Positions 60,031 to 64,000 of a stretch of 64,000 bases of DNA are shown here, one piece after another. Every line of letters starts with the position of its first letter. Positions within the stretch are counted from its first letter, which is position 1. The stretch comes from Nitrospinaceae bacterium (GTDB lineage Bacteria; Nitrospinota; Nitrospinia; Nitrospinales; VA-1). The translations under genes and the position numbers were made by a program. The notes beneath the pieces were generated by a model. It searched no databases and had not been told where the DNA came from. It saw only the letters and a program-made list of their open reading frames with translations. The stretch covers positions 768,218 through 832,217 of the forward strand of contig BQJC01000001.1 in assembly GCA_021604505.1 (NCBI GenBank), read 5' to 3'.

Positions 60031-60092
60031 ATTCCTGGCGCTCTGAACATCTGTCTCTCCTCCAAAGGGTTCAAAGCGTCAGGAATTTTTTT
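60031..60092 (+). terminator. Long-stem rho-independent terminator after the porin gene
   Basis: A 17-nt stem ATTCCTGGCGCTCTGAA / TTCAAAGCGTCAGGAAT (two G-U type mismatches) is followed by T7. Confidence 0.65.
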
Positions 60093-60217
60093 CCTTCCTC
60101 AATGAAATGGTTTTATAATACTCTTTCAGCCTTATTGAAACTGAGTTAATCCAATAGAAATAGATAATTATGGCAAATCACCTGGCAAGCTCCTTTAAGA
60201 CGAGGGGCGGGTTTTTC

Positions 60218-60778
60218 ATGTCCTCCCTGGTTTTGATCGGGCTTTTGGGAGCAGGTCTCATTTTTCCTGCATCCTCTTCCCTGGCTGTGGAAAAGGAGTT
60301 TGACCCGCAGGTGTATCTCACCAAAAAGCAGGCATTGGAAATTGCCTTTCCGGGAGCGGATAAAATCGATAAAGAACGCCAATGGCTGACCGAAGAGCAA
60401 AAGCAGGCCATCGGAAAAATTGCCCTCATGAAGATCAGGGAAAACCGGTTCACCTATTATGTGGGGAAAAAGGCAGGAAAGCCAATGGGCTATATGGTGA
60501 TCGACCACATCATTGGAAAATCGTTTCCCATCACCTTCATGACCGTTCTCAACGTCGACGGGACGGTCCGCGATGTGGAAGTCATGGTTTACCGGGAGCC
60601 ACGCGGGTGGGAGGTGAGGTATCCTACGTTCATGAGCCAGTTTTTTGGCAGAAATGCACAATCCGATTTCAGGGAAATCAATTCCATCACCGGAGCGACC
60701 CTTTCCGTCAGGGCGATCACCACGGGGGTAAAAAAAGCGGTGGCGGCTTACCAGGTGCTTTATCTGGATGCAAAATAA
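60218..60778 (+). CDS. Periplasmic FMN-binding-domain protein (FMN_bind, RnfG/NqrC/NosR-type flavinylation motif)
   Basis: Has a signal peptide (LVLIGLLGAGLIFPASSSLA) and the motif INSITGATLSVRAIT. Confidence 0.75.
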   Translation: MSSLVLIGLLGAGLIFPASSSLAVEKEFDPQVYLTKKQALEIAFPGADKIDKERQWLTEEQKQAIGKIALMKIRENRFTYYVGKKAGKPMGYMVIDHIIGKSFPITFMTVLNVDGTVRDVEVMVYREPRGWEVRYPTFMSQFFGRNAQSDFREINSITGATLSVRAITTGVKKAVAAYQVLYLDAK

Positions 60779-60948
60779 TGACTGCGGATCACGACCTGCG
60801 GGGCAAAGGCATGGATGAGGAAGGCAAGAGCGAATCCGAAAAACAAACCAAACGAAAAGTACTTAATATTTATCTGCTGATCTTCGGTGTCCTTTTGGCG
60901 GGTGTGTCCTTTGCATGGCACATTTTATCCCTGCTATTTAAGGAATGA
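60778..60948 (+). CDS. Possible small single-TM protein (56 aa)
   Basis: Its ATG overlaps the FMN-binding gene stop (TAATG). It has a charged N-terminus followed by one hydrophobic helix. It is not listed separately in the ORF track because it sits inside a longer spurious frame. Confidence 0.4.
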   Translation: MTADHDLRGKGMDEEGKSESEKQTKRKVLNIYLLIFGVLLAGVSFAWHILSLLFKE

Positions 60949-60958
60949 CCTCACCTTC

Positions 60959-61804
60959 ATGACTCCCTCCCGGCATCAGAAGAAAAAACCTTTCCTCATA
61001 AAAAAAGCCTCCGGTGAAATAGAACCCTTTTCCAGGGAAAAACTGGAACGATCCCTCTCCATGACCGGTGCCTCCCGAGTACTCGTCGAACGAGTGATCG
61101 ATCGCGTGGCAAAGAAAGTCAGTTCCGGCATATCGACGCAAAAGCTTTTCCGAATGGCGTTTCAGCTGTTACAAAAAGAAGCACGCTATCTGGCGGCCCG
61201 CTACAGTTTGAAACGCGCGGTCATGAGCCTGGGGCCCAGCGGCTATCCCTTTGAAAAGTTTGTCGGCGCATTGATGCAAAAGCAGGGCTACGAAACCCAG
61301 GTCGGTGTCATTCTTGAAGGTGCCTGCACAACTCATGAGGTGGATGTCGTTGCCATAAAAAAAAATCACCGGCGTCTGGTGGAGTGCAAATACCATAATC
61401 ACGAAGGGATAAAATGCGACGTTAAAGTGCCGCTTTATGTCTACGCCCGGTCGCTGGACCTTAAAAACAACTCCCCCAGTGAACTGGTCAACGAGTTCTG
61501 GCTGGTCACCAATACCAAATTCACCGCCGATGCCGTCAGGTACGGCAGTTGCGTCGGTCTCAATTTATTGAGCTGGGATTATCCCGAGGGCCGGAGCTTG
61601 AAACTGATGATCGAAAAAGAGGAAGTCCACCCCATCACCTGCCTGACAACGCTCAAGAGAAATCAGAAGAACAAGCTTTTAAAAAATAATGTCGTGCTTT
61701 GCCATGAGATCTTGGACAACCCGAACCTGCTGAGGGAAATTTCCTTGAAAGAGGCGCAAATCAAGCGGGTCGTCAAAGAAGTGACCGATTTGATCGAATT
61801 ATGA
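60959..61804 (+). CDS. ATP-cone domain fused to an Mrr-like (PD-(D/E)xK) restriction-endonuclease-fold domain
   Basis: The N-terminus IKKASGEIEPFSREKLERSL is ATP-cone-like. The core EVDVVA...LVECKY is an Mrr_cat-like nuclease motif. Confidence 0.72.
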   Translation: MTPSRHQKKKPFLIKKASGEIEPFSREKLERSLSMTGASRVLVERVIDRVAKKVSSGISTQKLFRMAFQLLQKEARYLAARYSLKRAVMSLGPSGYPFEKFVGALMQKQGYETQVGVILEGACTTHEVDVVAIKKNHRRLVECKYHNHEGIKCDVKVPLYVYARSLDLKNNSPSELVNEFWLVTNTKFTADAVRYGSCVGLNLLSWDYPEGRSLKLMIEKEEVHPITCLTTLKRNQKNKLLKNNVVLCHEILDNPNLLREISLKEAQIKRVVKEVTDLIEL

Positions 61805-61818
61805 TATTAAGTTTGCTG

Positions 61819-62805
61819 TCAGAGCATAGATTCGATGGCATCGGCCACCCGATAGATTCCCTGGCCATCGACCAGCTCTTTTCCCCTACGGCTCATGCTT
61901 TCCAGTTGAGTTCTCGAGACCTCCAGCGTTTCTAAAATTATATTCGGGTCAAAATCCTCCGGCAGCCCCAAATCCACAGCCGCTCCCAGGCGGTCGAGTG
62001 GCAGGGATTTCTCCCGCTGATGCGAGACCTGGTTGATAACAAACGCCGGTGTGCCGACGGCCAGCGATTCGTGCAGAGTGACGCCGCCGCTGCAAAAAAC
62101 CGCATCGTGGTTGAAGAGCAGTTCCGCCATATTGCCGGCATTGCGCAAAATTTTAACCGATGGCATCGAAGCCGTGAGGGCCTGCAGCGTTTCAATTTCT
62201 TTGAATCCCGGACCGACGACGAAGGTGATGGATAGTTCATTGGGCCATTGCCGGAGAACTTCAGCGAGTTTCAGGGATAAATGATTAGGGTCGGTTCCAC
62301 CCATTGTGACCAAAAGGGATTCCAGAGCCGGAGAGAAGGTTTTCTCCCGTTCGTGATATTCCCCGAACTCCTCAGCCAGAACGGAATAAGCCAGACCGAA
62401 AAGCGATTGCACTCCCGGCTTCACTTGCCTGCTCTCTTTAGGCTCAAGATTGCAATCGATCAACAGGTCGACACCATCTCTGCCTTTCCCCAGGTTTTCA
62501 AAACTCACAATTTTTTTGACTTGATGCCGCAAAGAGGCAATGAATTCTTTTGTCGTGTCCTGAAGATCCAGAATGATCAAATCGAAATCGGTGCCACTTC
62601 CCTCCGGCAGACCTTCTTTTTGATCCACGTTATGTGGGGAAAAACCTTCCGATTTTAAAAGATCGATTGAAGGGGCATGATCCGAAATGAAAAACCGGAT
62701 TTTCATCCCTCGGTTGCGCAGAACTTTCGCCAGGTGAAGTTGCCGATAGACATGCCCCATTCCGCTTGTGAAGGATGCCTTACAGCGTATCGCGATTTCA
62801 GTCAT
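61819..62805 (-). CDS. PseG/SpsG-like glycosyltransferase-28-fold protein
   Basis: The N-terminus reads GMGHV.R...LA..L, and the C-terminus reads GGVTLHESLAVGTP. Confidence 0.68.
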   Translation of the reverse strand: MTEIAIRCKASFTSGMGHVYRQLHLAKVLRNRGMKIRFFISDHAPSIDLLKSEGFSPHNVDQKEGLPEGSGTDFDLIILDLQDTTKEFIASLRHQVKKIVSFENLGKGRDGVDLLIDCNLEPKESRQVKPGVQSLFGLAYSVLAEEFGEYHEREKTFSPALESLLVTMGGTDPNHLSLKLAEVLRQWPNELSITFVVGPGFKEIETLQALTASMPSVKILRNAGNMAELLFNHDAVFCSGGVTLHESLAVGTPAFVINQVSHQREKSLPLDRLGAAVDLGLPEDFDPNIILETLEVSRTQLESMSRRGKELVDGQGIYRVADAIESML

Positions 62806-62811
62806 TGAAGA

Positions 62812-63753
62812 TCAAAAGACGCGGTGGACATTGATTCGCTTTAGAATTTCACGGTCCGAAAACCGGACGGCGGACTTTTCCATTTTTCTTCCCGCCAGCG
62901 CCGCCGGCAGACGTTTCAAAGCCATGAAAAACGCCACCCAGAATCGTGATTTGAGACGAAACAGATCGCGAAGCAGAAACAGGGGAATGAAAACCATAAA
63001 CTCGAAGGTCATCTTGCCGTCCAGAATATTCTTCCACACGAACAGATAGTTGTTACGCGCCGAGATCAAACCGATCTGACGGCGTTTTTCCTGGCGCTTG
63101 ATGGTGGATTGGACTTTGTGATAGGCGATTGAGGCCGGTTCATAAGCCACCTTCCAGCCGCGTTTCAAGGCCCGGTAAGACAGGTCGATCTCTTCGTAAT
63201 ACAAAGGGTGGTACAAAAGATCGAACCCGCCCAGTTCCAGATAACGTTTGCGGTCCACCATGAAGGCGCCGCCGCAGGCGAACAGCGTCTGGCTGGTGTC
63301 GTCAGGACTTTTTTCATAAAGATAAAAATGCCCGTTTTTGAAATAGCCTCCCCGGTTGCCGTAAAGGAAGGTGGTCTGATCAAAAGCAAAGATTTTTCCG
63401 CTCACCGCAAACACATCGCTGGCGTCAAAATGCCGCGCAAGATGAAACAGAGCTTTTTCGTCCAGTTTGATGTCGTTGTTCATCGGCATCACGATGGAGG
63501 ACCCGGCGAGTTCCACCGCGTAATTGTTGGCTCCTTGAAAGCCGAGATTGTGCGGCGTTTTTTCCCGCCGGACGCTGGGAAATTCCTTCGCGAGAATTTC
63601 CAGGCTGTCGTCGGCACTGCAATCGTCGATGACCAGCACCTCATACGAATGAGCCGTGTCATACTCCACCGCGGCAAGAACCGAAGGCAGACATTCTCTC
63701 AACAGCTCCCGGCCATTCCAGTTAGTGATGATGAGGGTGACATCCGGTTTCAT
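62812..63753 (-). CDS. Family-2 glycosyltransferase
   Basis: Contains VTLIITNWNG...VLVIDDCSADDS and a DxD-type region. Confidence 0.85.
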   Translation of the reverse strand: MKPDVTLIITNWNGRELLRECLPSVLAAVEYDTAHSYEVLVIDDCSADDSLEILAKEFPSVRREKTPHNLGFQGANNYAVELAGSSIVMPMNNDIKLDEKALFHLARHFDASDVFAVSGKIFAFDQTTFLYGNRGGYFKNGHFYLYEKSPDDTSQTLFACGGAFMVDRKRYLELGGFDLLYHPLYYEEIDLSYRALKRGWKVAYEPASIAYHKVQSTIKRQEKRRQIGLISARNNYLFVWKNILDGKMTFEFMVFIPLFLLRDLFRLKSRFWVAFFMALKRLPAALAGRKMEKSAVRFSDREILKRINVHRVF

Positions 63754-63759
63754 AAAATC

Positions 63760-64000
63760 CTATGTTTGTAAAAAGCGATCAATGATTTTTATGATTTCAT
63801 CTTCACCCTTTAAAGGCACTTTCCCTTCAACGGATAACGTCAGCGCTTTCTGGATACCTTCCGCCCAGTCGCAGGAAAAGAATTTTTGAGAATCCATGAT
63901 CCATCCCACCTGCTTCTTTGTCATATAATCCCGCATTGCCTCAAATTCGTGAAAGCTCTCCCGGGAACAGGAGAGCACCGGTTTCCCGTGGGCAAATGCC
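63760..64000 (-). CDS. C-terminal part of a probable group-1 glycosyltransferase (the gene continues beyond the window)
   Basis: The frame is open to the window edge. The sequence HGKPVLSCSRESFHEF resembles the GT1 C-terminal region. Confidence 0.5.
   Translation of the reverse strand, partial: AFAHGKPVLSCSRESFHEFEAMRDYMTKKQVGWIMDSQKFFSCDWAEGIQKALTLSVEGKVPLKGEDEIIKIIDRFLQT

Noticed and set aside
60157-60171. Fur-like site GAAATAGATAATTAT upstream of the FMN-binding gene
   Set aside because: It matches only 11 of 15 positions in an AT-rich stretch. I mention it as supporting context but it is too weak to annotate as a feature.

Overview
The window is a 64-kb chromosomal segment from a diderm (Gram-negative-type) bacterium; I cannot assign the lineage from sequence alone. 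GC is moderate (roughly 50% by eye), and I found no rRNA, tRNA, CRISPR array, integrase or transposase. Most of it is housekeeping: smpB, mtaB, a GlmU-like pair plus glmS, a thiD-thiN fusion, ppiD, mreBCD-mrdA, uvrB, gatB, mazG, hemW, era, map. It also carries two OmpR-type two-component systems, a soluble chemoreceptor with three near-identical PAS modules, an envelope/glycosyltransferase cluster, and a Fur-controlled iron locus at 55.8-61 kb. The most unusual region is 16.6-20.2 kb, between the convergent genes mrdA and uvrB. Each of those genes has a second, displaced copy of its own 3' end (17179-17292 and 19226-19348). These copies bracket three small cargo modules: an orphan membrane-anchored ORF, a higBA-type toxin-antitoxin pair with a palindromic operator, and a visibly AT-rich two-gene cassette. 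That cassette pairs a 214-aa protein I cannot assign to any family with a fused XRE-HTH/ImmA-IrrE metalloprotease, and it is my best candidate for an undescribed stress- or defence-type module. Secondary points of interest are the multi-Fur-box iron locus (Asp-less receiver, DUF2325, porin, periplasmic FMN-binding protein), an ATP-cone/Mrr-like nuclease fusion, a membrane-anchored collagen-repeat protein beside a tandem di-haem Tll0287-like protein, and an AT-rich lipoprotein islet. All calls rest on manual motif recognition in the supplied ORF translations and reading of the DNA. No database search was run.
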